In this document: in pieces, positions 36,929 through 46,793 of the stretch
Layout of the letters: each line of letters opens with the position of its first letter
Numbering within the stretch: the first letter of the stretch is position 1
Source: an uncultured Clostridium sp.
GTDB lineage: Bacteria; Bacillota; Clostridia; Ch29
DNA length: 56,307 bases
Reading direction: 5' to 3'
Assembly: GCA_964529035.1 (NCBI GenBank)
Contig: CAZGUG010000003.1
Coordinates: forward strand, 1 to 56,307
Made by a program: the position numbers and the translations under genes
Notes under the pieces: generated by a model
Seen by the model: only the letters and a program-made list of their open reading frames with translations
What the model was told of the DNA's origin: nothing
Database searches by the model: none

Positions 36929-38200
36929 TTACTCCCCTTTTTCCGTCAGTATCGTTTCTTTAATTTTTTGTATGTCCAGTTCCACTTGGATTTCATTGCC
37001 GCTTTCCATATTCTTCAGGTTAACGGTGTTTGTACCCAGTTCCTCGTCCCCAAGCACAATGGTAAAACCAGCGCCTATCCTATCCGAGTATTTCATCTGA
37101 GCCCTTAGACTTCTGCCCATATGATCGCACTCCGCCTTAACCCCGGCAGCCCTTAGTTTATATACTATATCCAGGGTTTTCTTCGCCGCTTCATCTCCTA
37201 TGCTTGCCACAAACAGCTGGATGCCTTCATCCTTTTTAATCTCTATGCCCTGGCTTTCAATGGTAAGCAGCAGCCTTTCTATACCCAGCCCAAAGCCTAT
37301 GCCCGGTGTTTCTGGGCCGCCGCACTCTTTTACAAGCCCGTCATATCTGCCGCCGCCGCAGACGGTACCCTGGGAGCCTATATCCCGGGATACTATTTCA
37401 AAGGCGGTCTTTGTATAATAATCAAGTCCCCTTACTATGGCAGGGTCAACGGTAAACTCGATGCCCATTCCTTTAAGGTGCTCCTTAAGCTTTTCAAAGT
37501 GCACCTTGCACTCATCACACAGGTAATTCATCATAAGCGGTATCCCCTCCACCGCTTTCTGACATTTTTCTTCCTTGCAGTCTATTATACGCATGGGGTT
37601 TGTATTAAATCTTTCGTTGCAGGTTTTACACAGGTGAGGCAGCCTTTGGCTGAGGAACTTTCTTAAATTAACGCCATATTTCTTTCTGCATTTTGGACAG
37701 CCGACGCTGTTTATCCTCAGTTCCAGGCCTTTAATTCCCAGCCTTTCAAAAAACATCATTGCCAGGGAAATCACTTCGGCATCCGCCGAAGCGTAGGGCG
37801 ATCCAATCGTTTCTATCCCGAACTGGTGAAAGGCCCTGAGCCTCCCGGACTGCGGCCGTTCGTACCTGAAACAGGGGGTTATATAGTATGCCTTAAAGGG
37901 CTGAATATCGGCGTACAGTTTGTGCTCAATGAATGCCCTTACCACCGGTGCGGTAACTTCCGGTTTCAGGGTTATACTTCTGCCGCCCTTGTCTTCAAAG
38001 GTATACATTTCCTTTTGGACAACATCCGTTGTTTCGCCTACACCCCTTTGGAACAGTTCGGTGTCTTCAAACAGGGGCGTCCTTATTTCGCCAAAACCAA
38101 ACTCACTGCAAATCCTTCTGAACATGCTCTCAACGTAGTGCCATTTATACACTTCCCCCGGCAGTACATCCCTGGTGCCTCTGGGCGCTTTTATACTCAT
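36929..38200 (-). CDS. hisS: Histidine--tRNA ligase
   Basis: IKAPRGTRD, RYERPQSGRLR, VRGLDYYT, VCGGGRYD and GFGLGIER motifs; start ATG 38200. Confidence 0.99.
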   Translation of the reverse strand: MSIKAPRGTRDVLPGEVYKWHYVESMFRRICSEFGFGEIRTPLFEDTELFQRGVGETTDVVQKEMYTFEDKGGRSITLKPEVTAPVVRAFIEHKLYADIQPFKAYYITPCFRYERPQSGRLRAFHQFGIETIGSPYASADAEVISLAMMFFERLGIKGLELRINSVGCPKCRKKYGVNLRKFLSQRLPHLCKTCNERFNTNPMRIIDCKEEKCQKAVEGIPLMMNYLCDECKVHFEKLKEHLKGMGIEFTVDPAIVRGLDYYTKTAFEIVSRDIGSQGTVCGGGRYDGLVKECGGPETPGIGFGLGIERLLLTIESQGIEIKKDEGIQLFVASIGDEAAKKTLDIVYKLRAAGVKAECDHMGRSLRAQMKYSDRIGAGFTIVLGDEELGTNTVNLKNMESGNEIQVELDIQKIKETILTEKGE

Positions 38201-38224
38201 AATTTCTCCTCCTTTTTCCTCAAA

Positions 38225-38475
38225 AAACAACAAATCCCCAATGACATGCATTAACTGTCATCAGGGACGGGGGTTGCCCGCGTTGCCACCCTGCTTGGAT
38301 AATTAGTATCCCGCTCGTGGGAATTAACGCTTCCAACGTAACGGCCTACTGCGCTTTTCGGCCGAAAAACTCGGGAAGGTCCTTCACCTGCCGTAAAACG
38401 CTGGGAAGCTTTCAGTCCCGGCTTCCCTTCCCTGTACGCCGCCCGGCGGTTACTCTTTCCGTCATTGTCGTTATT
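38225..38475 (-). promoter_or_regulatory. T-box riboswitch upstream of hisS-aspS, probable Asp (GAC) specifier
   Basis: AGGGAA/GACTGAAA stem I motifs, GGTGAAGGAC specifier loop (GAC at 38379-38381), GGGTGGCAACGCG T-box and terminator TCCCTGATGACA/TGTCATTGGGGA with a T-rich tail. Confidence 0.92.
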
Positions 38476-38495
38476 CAAATATGGATTTTAAAAAC

Positions 38496-38524
38496 ATTAT
38501 AGTCCACAACCCAACCGGTGTCAA
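38496..38524 (-). promoter_or_regulatory. sigmaA promoter for the hisS leader
   Basis: Perfect TTGACA-17 nt-TATAAT. Confidence 0.88.
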
Positions 38525-38543
38525 CTAAAACTCGCCGTCCCCC

Positions 38544-40031
38544 CTATATATTGGATAGAATTTCTAACTTTTCCCCGGCAATCTGCCTTGACCTTTTTAA
38601 ATAATGCTCGAGACTTTTCGGGTTTTGTTTACGCTCAAGCCGGTCCTCTTCATGGAATACAAGCTTTGTCACAGCCCCGGCCCCTATCCCGATTATGGTC
38701 TGCTTTTCCTCCATAATCTGCATATTGTATATCCCTTCAAACCCGGGCAGGCTGTAGCCAATGTTCTCCAGGTTTCCCACCATGTATTTCTGCCTGTATA
38801 AATAGTAGGGCTTCATACCCATATCCACAATACGCCTTTGAGACAGCTTCATCATGGCTTCCGCTTCCTGTTCAGGGACCAGCCGGCTGCCAAAGGATTC
38901 CTCACGCAGCCTGGAAGCCCTTTTCACTGCCAGGGTATGCACCGTAACCCCCTCCGGCTTTAAACCGGTTATTTCAGAAAGCGTATGCTCCACCATGTCG
39001 GTATTCTCTCCAGGCAAGCCCACTATTATATCCATATTGATATTGTTATGCCCCATACGCCTTGCCGTTTCAAAGGCGGACAGGGTATCTGCCGGGCTGT
39101 GCTTCCTGCCTATAATCTCAAGGGTCTTTTTGTTCATGGTCTGTGGGTTGATGCCTATCCTGTTGGCTCCGTATTCCTTTATCGCTTCCAGCTTGCCTTT
39201 GTCCAGCGTATCCGGCCGGCCTGCCTCAACGGTAAACTCCCTGGTCTCGTGGCTTATCAGGTGCCGTCTTATATTCTTTAAAATTTTTTTCAGCTGGGAC
39301 AGGTTGAGGGCGGTTGGCGTACCTCCACCTACATAGACCGTATCGCACAGGAATCCGTTATTGTTAAGGGCAGCCGCAGTCGCTTTTATCTCGTCTGTAA
39401 GGCATTCTGTATATTGATCGGCAAACCTTCCCCATCTTGACATTTCGTTTGAAGTAAATGAACAATAGGAACAGCGTGTGGGACAAAAGGGTATGCTAAT
39501 GTATACGCTTACCTTTTTCCTATCATAGGGAATTATAAACTTTCTTTCGGTCAGGGCTATATCAATTCCCAGCCGTGCCCTTTCGGGAGACAACCGGTAA
39601 AACTCCACCAGGTGTTTTAAAATATACTGCTGACCTAAACCCTCATCCATTAATTTATGAATCATTTTCACCGGCCTGATGCCGGTGAGTATTCCCCAGG
39701 GCAAACTTTTATCGAAAAACCTCTCCGCCGCCTTCAGCAGGTTGTGCTTTACATATCTTTTATATAGTTTTCTGGCTGTATACCCGTCCCCTTTATCTTT
39801 AACCGGTTCAAACAGGTCAAGTTCACAGACCGATCTGCCCCCGCCGGTTATACTGCATTCAAGCTTTATTCCACTGCTGTCCGCCCGTTTAATGCTGTGC
39901 ACAAAAACATCCCGGTTTTCGTCCGGAAGCCTGCATTCTACAAATTCAATTTCATTCCTTCGGACGTAGTTTGCCAGAATATCCGAAACCTCATAATGAT
40001 AATCGTGACCCTCGGCAAAAACCGTTATCAT
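38544..40031 (-). CDS. hemZ: HemZ-like radical SAM protein
   Basis: LPWGILTGIRP, CPTRCSYC, YVGGGTPT, EAGRPDT and PYYLYRQK motifs; conserved position upstream of hisS. Confidence 0.92.
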   Translation of the reverse strand: MITVFAEGHDYHYEVSDILANYVRRNEIEFVECRLPDENRDVFVHSIKRADSSGIKLECSITGGGRSVCELDLFEPVKDKGDGYTARKLYKRYVKHNLLKAAERFFDKSLPWGILTGIRPVKMIHKLMDEGLGQQYILKHLVEFYRLSPERARLGIDIALTERKFIIPYDRKKVSVYISIPFCPTRCSYCSFTSNEMSRWGRFADQYTECLTDEIKATAAALNNNGFLCDTVYVGGGTPTALNLSQLKKILKNIRRHLISHETREFTVEAGRPDTLDKGKLEAIKEYGANRIGINPQTMNKKTLEIIGRKHSPADTLSAFETARRMGHNNINMDIIVGLPGENTDMVEHTLSEITGLKPEGVTVHTLAVKRASRLREESFGSRLVPEQEAEAMMKLSQRRIVDMGMKPYYLYRQKYMVGNLENIGYSLPGFEGIYNMQIMEEKQTIIGIGAGAVTKLVFHEEDRLERKQNPKSLEHYLKRSRQIAGEKLEILSNI

Positions 40032-40033
40032 TC

Positions 40034-40213
40034 CTATACATCCTTTTCAATTTCCTCCGCCAGTAAATCCACCACCTTATCGCTTACACCCAGTTCCTTT
40101 GCTATTTCGGTGCGGGCCATTCCTTCTTCCATCATCTCGTAGAATTCGTGAAAATCGATATCGGCGGCGGTTTTGTATAAATTCGCTCTTCTGTACCTGT
40201 CCAGCCCCTTCAT
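40034..40213 (-). CDS. Small HTH-like hypothetical protein (59 aa), not in the ORF track
   Basis: MKGLDRYRRANLYKTAADIDFHEFYEMMEEGMARTEIAKELGVSDKVVDLLAEEIEKDV*; RBS GGGGAGG; fills the MBL-hemZ gap and ends 2 nt before the hemZ start. Confidence 0.72.
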   Translation of the reverse strand: MKGLDRYRRANLYKTAADIDFHEFYEMMEEGMARTEIAKELGVSDKVVDLLAEEIEKDV

Positions 40214-40276
40214 GATAACCTCCCCGGAAATTTTTTATTATTTTAACCACAACCCCCGGGGATATTCTTATTTCGA

Positions 40277-40897
40277 TTATAAAAAAGGATTGGTTTTCTT
40301 CTCTTTCCCGATGGTGGTCGTCCCGCCATGTCCCGGGTATACCTTTGTGTTTTCATCCAACACCATAAGCTTTGTTTTTATTGAACGTATAAGAGTGTCG
40401 TAGTCCCCTCCGGGAAGGTCGGTCCTTCCCACCGAGCCGGCAAATAACGTATCTCCGCTTATCAAAATGCCGTCCCCAATTTTTATGCTTATTCCGCCGG
40501 CGGTGTGTCCGGGCGTGTGCAAAATTTCCATGGCAAGGTCTCCCACGTCAAGCAAGTCACCATCTTCAAGCATTATCTCGGCGTTTTCGGCATCCCCGCC
40601 TTGTCCTGCCGGAGCCGACGGGCCTTTGTCCGGGTGCTGCAGCATGTATGCATCCTTCGGGTGTACTGCCACCGGAGCCTTGGTTTGTTCTTTAACATCT
40701 TTCAGGGCACCTGTATGGTCAAAATGACCGTGGGTCAGAATAATATATTTGATATTCAGACCGTTTTTGGCGGCCGCTCTCATTATTTGTTCAGAATCCC
40801 CGCCGGGGTCAATAATAACTCCGTCCCCTGTATTTTCACATCCTATAATATAACAATTGGTTGCATATATACCAGCAGTTACTCTTTCAAATATCAC
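40277..40897 (-). CDS. MBL-fold metallo-hydrolase (YcbL/glyoxalase II-like)
   Basis: NCYII, IDPG, THGHFDHTG, HTPGHT, GDTLFAGSVGRTD and YPGHG motifs. Confidence 0.93.
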   Translation of the reverse strand: MIFERVTAGIYATNCYIIGCENTGDGVIIDPGGDSEQIMRAAAKNGLNIKYIILTHGHFDHTGALKDVKEQTKAPVAVHPKDAYMLQHPDKGPSAPAGQGGDAENAEIMLEDGDLLDVGDLAMEILHTPGHTAGGISIKIGDGILISGDTLFAGSVGRTDLPGGDYDTLIRSIKTKLMVLDENTKVYPGHGGTTTIGKEKKTNPFL

Positions 40898-40932
40898 TTT
40901 TTTGTTCCTCCTTCTTCATCTTATAGTTCATC

Positions 40933-41376
40933 TCAACTTTTACTTTCAACAATGAGTGTCACCGGCCCGTCGTTTACCAGCTCCAATTCCATGTAGGCCT
41001 GGAACTTGCCGGTCTCAACCTTCACGCCCTTTTCTCTGCAAGCATCCACAAACCCGTTATAAAGCTGCTGTGCTTTTTGCGGCGGCGCAGCCTTGGTAAA
41101 ACTCGGCCTTCTTCCCTTTCTGCAGTCACCGTATAACGTGAACTGTGAAACCACCAGCATCTGTCCTCCCACGTCCTTGAGCGAAAGGTTCATTTTGCCC
41201 TGTGAATCCTCAAAAATCCTCAGGTTGACTATCTTTTCCGCCAAATATTCCATATCTTCCATGCCGTCGTCCTCACCAACGCCCAGAAGCACCACCAGGC
41301 CCTTCCCGATTCGGCCTGTCTCCCGGTTTTCAACTATTACGCAGCCCCTTGAAGCCCTTTGTACCACCGCTCTCAT
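40933..41376 (-). CDS. dtd: D-aminoacyl-tRNA deacylase
   Basis: MRAVVQR, LRIFED, VSQFTL and NDGPVT motifs. Confidence 0.98.
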   Translation of the reverse strand: MRAVVQRASRGCVIVENRETGRIGKGLVVLLGVGEDDGMEDMEYLAEKIVNLRIFEDSQGKMNLSLKDVGGQMLVVSQFTLYGDCRKGRRPSFTKAAPPQKAQQLYNGFVDACREKGVKVETGKFQAYMELELVNDGPVTLIVESKS

Positions 41377-41424
41377 TTTATACCTCCGTTTTTATTGGTC
41401 CGGCGAAAGCGCAGCTTAAGGTCT

Positions 41425-43608
41425 TCAACCCTTTACCCTGTACACTTCACTGACGCTTTCAACGGTTTTAAGCTTTTTAATCAGCTGGTTTAGCTGCGCC
41501 GTACTGTCAATAGCCAAAGTCATATTTATGACCGCCGTATTGTCCTTGTTTGCCCTTGCATTAATTGCCTTAACCGGTAGCTTTGCTTCTGTCACAACAC
41601 CGGTAATATCTGCAAGCAGCCCTGACCGGTCAAAGGCTTTAATCTGCAAATCAGTTATATATGAAACTCCCCTGGCCTCGTCTGTATACCATTCCACTTC
41701 AATCAGCCGGTGGACGTCTTCAAGGTGTTCACTGACATTCGCACAGTCCAGCCTGTGCACCGAAACACCCCTTCCCCTGGTGATATATCCAATTATCCTG
41801 TCCCCCGGAACCGGGTTGCAGCACTTTGCGAACCTAACCATTATATTGGTCATACCCTTCACAACCACTCCGGTTTGCGGATCCGGCCGTTCCTTCTGTA
41901 TCGGGCCTTCCTGGGTTATCAGAGTAATATCGGCCCTTTTATCTTCAACGGCCTTTTCCTTTCTCATCTCTTCCTTAAACCGGCCCAGCACCTGGTTCAG
42001 GGTAAGTCCCCCATATCCCAGTGTGGCATACATATCCCCCATGTTCTGAAACCCGAACTTTTTAAGTACCTTATCCACCCATTCGGGGCGCAGCACTTCA
42101 CCTGGCGCATATCCCTGTTTTTTCAGGCCCTTTTCAAATATTTCCTTCCCTTTTTCTAAATTCTCTTCCCTTTTCTCCTTCTTAAACCACTGCCTGATCC
42201 TGTTTCTGGCAGATGAGCTTTTTACTATCTTAAGCCAGTCCCTGCTGGGACCCGGCGAGTTGGCAGATGTCAAAATCTCCACTATATCACCGTTTTTTAG
42301 CTTGTATTCAAGCGATACTATTTTGCCGTTAACCTTAGCCCCCACACAGGAGTTTCCCACACCGCTGTGTATTTTATATGCAAAGTCAATGGGTGTGGAA
42401 CCGTTTGGCAGGTCAATGACTTCTCCCTTGGGAGTGAATACAAATACCTCGTCGGTAAACAAATCAATCTTGAGCGTTTCCATAAACTCCCTTGCATCCT
42501 TTGTATCCCTTTCCCATTCCATAAACTGCCTAAGCCATGAAAGCTTTTTGTCAAACTCGTCCTGGTCCCTTTTGCCTTCTTTGTACATCCAATGGGCAGC
42601 AATACCGTATTCGGAAATCCTGTGCATCTCCCATGTCCTTATCTGTATTTCGAGCGGCTCGCCTTCAGGCCCTATCACCGTTGTATGCAGGGACTGGTAC
42701 ATATTGGGTTTGGGCATGGCTATATAGTCCTTAAACCGCCCGGGTATCGGCTTCCACATTGCGTGCACTGTACCCAACACCCCGTAGCAGTCCTTAATGG
42801 TATCCACTATGATTCTTATTGCTGTAAGGTCAAAAATCTGTTCGAAGGCCTTGCCCTGGTATACCATCTTTTTGTATATGCTGTAAAAGTGCTTGGGTCT
42901 GCCTTCTATCCTGCCGGATATATCCATTTCGTTCAGCTTTTCCCGCAGTTCGGTTATAACCTTTTTGATGTATTCTTCCCTTTCCATCCTTTTCTTGGCA
43001 ACCCTTTCCACCAGCTCATAATACCCTTTGGGGTCAAGGTGCCTTAATGCCAGGTCTTCCAGTTCCCATTTAATTTTGGACATACCCAGCCTGTGTGCTA
43101 TTGGAGAATATATCTCCAGGGTTTCCTTGGCCTTTTCCTTTCTCTTAACTTCCGGCAAATACCCTAGGGTCCTCATATTATGCACCCTGTCCGCAAGCTT
43201 TATAAGAATAACCCGTATATCCTTGGCCATAGCTATAAACATTTTACGCAGGTTTTCAGCCTGTTCCTCTTCCTTTGTTTCATACCTTATCTTGCCCAGT
43301 TTTGTTACGCCGTCCACCAGCTGTGCGACTTCGCTGCCGAATTCCTTTTGTATGTCCTGTATTGCGGATGCCGTGTCCTCAATGACATCATGAAGCAGGC
43401 CCGCCACAATTGTGTTTAGGTCAAGTTCCAGTTCTGCCAGTATCATTGCAACATGGGCGGGATGATTTATATAGGGGTCTCCGGATACCCTTTTCTGTCC
43501 CTCATGGGCCTGCTGCGCATAGCTGTAAGCCTTGATGACACTATTTAAGTCCATATCGGGATTATACTGTTCAATTTTGTTAATCAGCTTTTCAAGCACT
43601 CTATTCAC
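41425..43608 (-). CDS. relA: Bifunctional (p)ppGpp synthetase/hydrolase Rel (HD, SYNTH, TGS, ACT)
   Basis: GDPYINHP, LLHDVIED, KLADRVHNMRTL, PKPNMYQSLHT and TPIDFAY motifs. Confidence 0.98.
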   Translation of the reverse strand: MNRVLEKLINKIEQYNPDMDLNSVIKAYSYAQQAHEGQKRVSGDPYINHPAHVAMILAELELDLNTIVAGLLHDVIEDTASAIQDIQKEFGSEVAQLVDGVTKLGKIRYETKEEEQAENLRKMFIAMAKDIRVILIKLADRVHNMRTLGYLPEVKRKEKAKETLEIYSPIAHRLGMSKIKWELEDLALRHLDPKGYYELVERVAKKRMEREEYIKKVITELREKLNEMDISGRIEGRPKHFYSIYKKMVYQGKAFEQIFDLTAIRIIVDTIKDCYGVLGTVHAMWKPIPGRFKDYIAMPKPNMYQSLHTTVIGPEGEPLEIQIRTWEMHRISEYGIAAHWMYKEGKRDQDEFDKKLSWLRQFMEWERDTKDAREFMETLKIDLFTDEVFVFTPKGEVIDLPNGSTPIDFAYKIHSGVGNSCVGAKVNGKIVSLEYKLKNGDIVEILTSANSPGPSRDWLKIVKSSSARNRIRQWFKKEKREENLEKGKEIFEKGLKKQGYAPGEVLRPEWVDKVLKKFGFQNMGDMYATLGYGGLTLNQVLGRFKEEMRKEKAVEDKRADITLITQEGPIQKERPDPQTGVVVKGMTNIMVRFAKCCNPVPGDRIIGYITRGRGVSVHRLDCANVSEHLEDVHRLIEVEWYTDEARGVSYITDLQIKAFDRSGLLADITGVVTEAKLPVKAINARANKDNTAVINMTLAIDSTAQLNQLIKKLKTVESVSEVYRVKG

Positions 43609-43637
43609 CCGCAGTTCTAAATTAATCCTGTTGAATA

Positions 43638-46124
43638 TTATATATCAAAAATTTGTTTTTTTATAGCATTAGAGCAGTTTTCGACAGTATTGGCAAAATC
43701 CGATATGACCTTTACAGGCCGTGACTTTAAAATTTCCACCTTTTTTTCAGGAGCCTGCATCAGATACAGCCCGGTTTCGTTCAGCCCTATCAGGTTGGTT
43801 TCGGCCAAAGCCTCCACCGCCAGCATTGCCGTGGCCGGAGATATTCCCCTTTTTGCCAGAAGTTTTATCAGTGCTTCAAGGGCGATACATCCGTTGTTTT
43901 CAACCAAACGATAGGCTCCGGCCAGAGCTTTTCTGTCGGGGATAACTCCCCTCAGCTCTTTACTTATACAGCGGCGGTTTTTGCCGGTAAGCAGCACCGG
44001 CCTGCCGCCTTTAACCTTTCCTGCCGCTTCCAGCTGCACCGGCAGAACACAGCCGTCAAGCAGGTATATGTTACCAGTACAGTTCTCCAATCCTTTTACC
44101 GAATTAAAATGTACGACAACATAATTCTTCTTGTTTGAATAATCACCTACGCGTCCAAAACATACCTCCACATCCGGCTGCAGTGAAAGGGCCGAGATTG
44201 CCTGAACCACATCAGAAAAACCGTTGACAAGCAGGATATTGCCGGAGGATTCGCTAAAGACCTCTGACAGAAAACGCCACCTGTCCTTTATGCTTTGTAC
44301 ATCTGTGTTATCCGTAAGTCCCGACTTGTTCGTCTGCATAAAGGCTTCATCTGCATCCAAATCCTTTATGCTGCCGTACCATCCTTTAAGGAATCCGATT
44401 TGTTTTTCAATATCCCTTATGTCCTTTATTACCAACTGCAGGTTTTCTCTTCCCTGCCATTTATTTACCTTTGGAGAGAACAATATATCGGTTCCTTTGT
44501 TTGCTGCCGCAGGGCCGGCTTCTTCCCGGCCGAAGGCTATGCATTCATAGGCTGCACTGTTTTCAACAGCCGTCAGTTTTAAATGTTCCCCCCTCTTTCC
44601 TACTCTTTTTTGCCCTGTCAGCCTTACATTTCGTTTTATGAATACCGGTGCAGGATTGCCACAGCCGCATGGCTCCATCAGCTTAAGCTCTTTCGCATCC
44701 CGAACCGAAATATTTATACCGGTTATATCGGCGTCTGCATTTAAAACCTGTCTGGCGTCCATGTCCTTCATATCTTCTGAAGCAACCTTGTTTATCTCCC
44801 GGGTAAAATCCTCCAGGCTGCCGGCGTCAAGGGTCAGGCCCGCCGCCTGCCTGTGACCCCCGAAACTCTTGTACAGGTGCCTGCACTTTGAAAGCATTGA
44901 ATACAAATCCAAGCCCGGAATACTCCTGGCGGAGCCCCGGGCTTCATCGCCATCTATGCACATTAAAACAGCAGGTCTGTTATACCTTTCCACTATCCTC
45001 GAAGCTGCAATCCCGATCACTCCGGGATGCCAGCGGTCCGATGCAAGCACAAATATGCTGGCGTCGGCAATTCTTTCCGCCATTTCCACCGCTTCATGCA
45101 GTATTTCATTCTCCACCGCCTGTCTTTTACGGTTTTCAATGTTCATTTCCTCGGCCAGTTTAATGGCTGTATCGGCATTTTCTGTTGTTAAAAGCCGTAC
45201 ACCCTTTTGGGCCGTCGAAAGCCTTCCCGACGCGTTGAGCCTGGGCGCCAGCATAAAAGCAACCTGTCCGGTATTTATCCTGCCGTCCCGTATGCCTGAG
45301 ACCTTAATAAGGGCCCTAAGGCCCGGGTTTAACGTGTTTTCCATCCGCTTCAAACCCTCGTGCACCAGTACGCGGTTTTCTCCGGTCAGGGGTACTATGT
45401 CCGCCACCGTGCCCAGGGCTGCCAAGTCCAGCATATCCCCGGCTGCAGGCACCACCTGCTGAGGACCATTAGCCCTGCTGCCCCGCATTCTCTGCTCCAG
45501 GGCGGTGCACAGTTTATACACAACTCCTACGCCGGCCAGTTCACTGCAGGGATATTTGCAGTCCTCTCTCTTTGGATTTATGACACCCAGCGCCGGAGGA
45601 AGCTGCTGCCGGCACTGGTGATGGTCGGTAACAATTACATCCATACCCAGCCTGTTACACAGTTCAATCTCCTCAAAGGAGGTTGTACCGCAGTCAACGG
45701 TAATGAGAAGCCGGGCACCCTTTTCGTGAATATCTTCCACAGCACGACTGTTAAGCCCATACCCCTCATCCATTCTGTCGGGAACATAAAAAATCACGTC
45801 TGCGCCCACAGCCCTCAGCATATTTAACATAATCGAAACGGAAGTTATACCGTCAACGTCATAATCACCGTATATACATATTCTCTCTTTCAGTTCAAGA
45901 GCACGGATGATTCTTTCCACCGACACTTCCATATCCGGCATGAGAAATGGATCGGCCAGCTGACTTATATTTGGATACAGGAACCTTTCCGCATCTTCAA
46001 CGGTTTCAATTCCCCTGACCACAAGTACTGCAGCCAGGGTTTCTGAAATGTTTAAGGTTTTGGTCAGGCGGTTTATTTTTTTACTTTCGGCATAACCGCA
46101 CAGCCATTTTTTATCATGAAACAC
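43638..46124 (-). CDS. recJ: ssDNA-specific exonuclease RecJ with Firmicute C-terminal extension
   Basis: YGDYDVDG, PDRMDEGYG, TDHH, GTVADIVPL, APRLNASGR, WHPGVIGIAASR and GGHRQAAG motifs. Confidence 0.96.
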   Translation of the reverse strand: MFHDKKWLCGYAESKKINRLTKTLNISETLAAVLVVRGIETVEDAERFLYPNISQLADPFLMPDMEVSVERIIRALELKERICIYGDYDVDGITSVSIMLNMLRAVGADVIFYVPDRMDEGYGLNSRAVEDIHEKGARLLITVDCGTTSFEEIELCNRLGMDVIVTDHHQCRQQLPPALGVINPKREDCKYPCSELAGVGVVYKLCTALEQRMRGSRANGPQQVVPAAGDMLDLAALGTVADIVPLTGENRVLVHEGLKRMENTLNPGLRALIKVSGIRDGRINTGQVAFMLAPRLNASGRLSTAQKGVRLLTTENADTAIKLAEEMNIENRKRQAVENEILHEAVEMAERIADASIFVLASDRWHPGVIGIAASRIVERYNRPAVLMCIDGDEARGSARSIPGLDLYSMLSKCRHLYKSFGGHRQAAGLTLDAGSLEDFTREINKVASEDMKDMDARQVLNADADITGINISVRDAKELKLMEPCGCGNPAPVFIKRNVRLTGQKRVGKRGEHLKLTAVENSAAYECIAFGREEAGPAAANKGTDILFSPKVNKWQGRENLQLVIKDIRDIEKQIGFLKGWYGSIKDLDADEAFMQTNKSGLTDNTDVQSIKDRWRFLSEVFSESSGNILLVNGFSDVVQAISALSLQPDVEVCFGRVGDYSNKKNYVVVHFNSVKGLENCTGNIYLLDGCVLPVQLEAAGKVKGGRPVLLTGKNRRCISKELRGVIPDRKALAGAYRLVENNGCIALEALIKLLAKRGISPATAMLAVEALAETNLIGLNETGLYLMQAPEKKVEILKSRPVKVISDFANTVENCSNAIKKQIFDI

Positions 46125-46293
46125 AGATACATCACCTAAATCCGCTTTATATAATATTATAATAAACCAATAGCCATATCAAATAATCCCGTTAACCTGC
46201 AGCCGTTTCGGCGGCTCTTATTTAAAAAGACAGGAAGCCGTATAACACACCGCTTCCTTTTAAGATTACTTTCTATTTTCCTGTTCGCTGTTT

Positions 46294-46674
46294 CTAGGAT
46301 TCTGCGTTTTCACATTCTGCCGGTTTGTCATCCGGCTCTTTTGTTTCGTTTTCCCTTCCCAGCAGGCCGTCGGTTAATTTGTTCAAATTCTCCTCTGACT
46401 CAGTCAGTTTGCCTTGGGTATCCTTGAGCTGTTCTTCAAGCTTTTTTATCTTGGAAGCCATTTCCCTGGTCTTAAGCCCGGTCTTTATCTGCCGGAATAT
46501 TCCCAGAAACCCCAATATTATTGCACCGGCAAATACCGAAACCAAAATTACAAGGGCCAGCGAAACCTGGAACTCATTAAACATAAAATCCACCGTTACC
46601 GGCTGTGCGTTTTGTATTGCAAATATGGCTACTATTAGCGCAAATAACAGAGCCAGTATATATGTGATCTGCAT
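46294..46674 (-). CDS. LapA-domain (DUF1049) membrane protein with coiled-coil tail
   Basis: FAIQNAQPVTVDF and VSLALVIL motifs, 2 TMs; ATG 46674 preferred as start. Confidence 0.82.
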   Translation of the reverse strand: MQITYILALLFALIVAIFAIQNAQPVTVDFMFNEFQVSLALVILVSVFAGAIILGFLGIFRQIKTGLKTREMASKIKKLEEQLKDTQGKLTESEENLNKLTDGLLGRENETKEPDDKPAECENAES

Positions 46675-46710
46675 CCGTACCACCCCCGCTACTTAAAATA
46701 TATCTTAAAT

Positions 46711-46738
46711 ATTCGATGGTAAACACAGGGAATCCTTC
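46711..46738 (-). promoter_or_regulatory. sigmaH-type promoter for the LapA-domain gene
   Basis: GAAGGATTC-12 nt-ATCGAAT, close to RNAGGAWWW-N11/12-RNNGAAT. Confidence 0.5.
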
Positions 46739-46772
46739 CACGTCAGAAAAAAGAACCGTACAAGGACATGGG

Positions 46773-46792
46773 AAAACAGCTCCGGCTGCTTT
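46773..46792 (-). terminator. Possible terminator after secF
   Basis: AAAGCAGC-CGGA-GCTGTTTT on the minus strand directly after the stop. Confidence 0.5.
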
Positions 46793-46793
46793 C

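Noticed and set aside
38251-38478. 75-aa minus-strand ORF upstream of hisS
   Set aside because: It lies entirely within the T-box leader; the sequence is explained by RNA structure.
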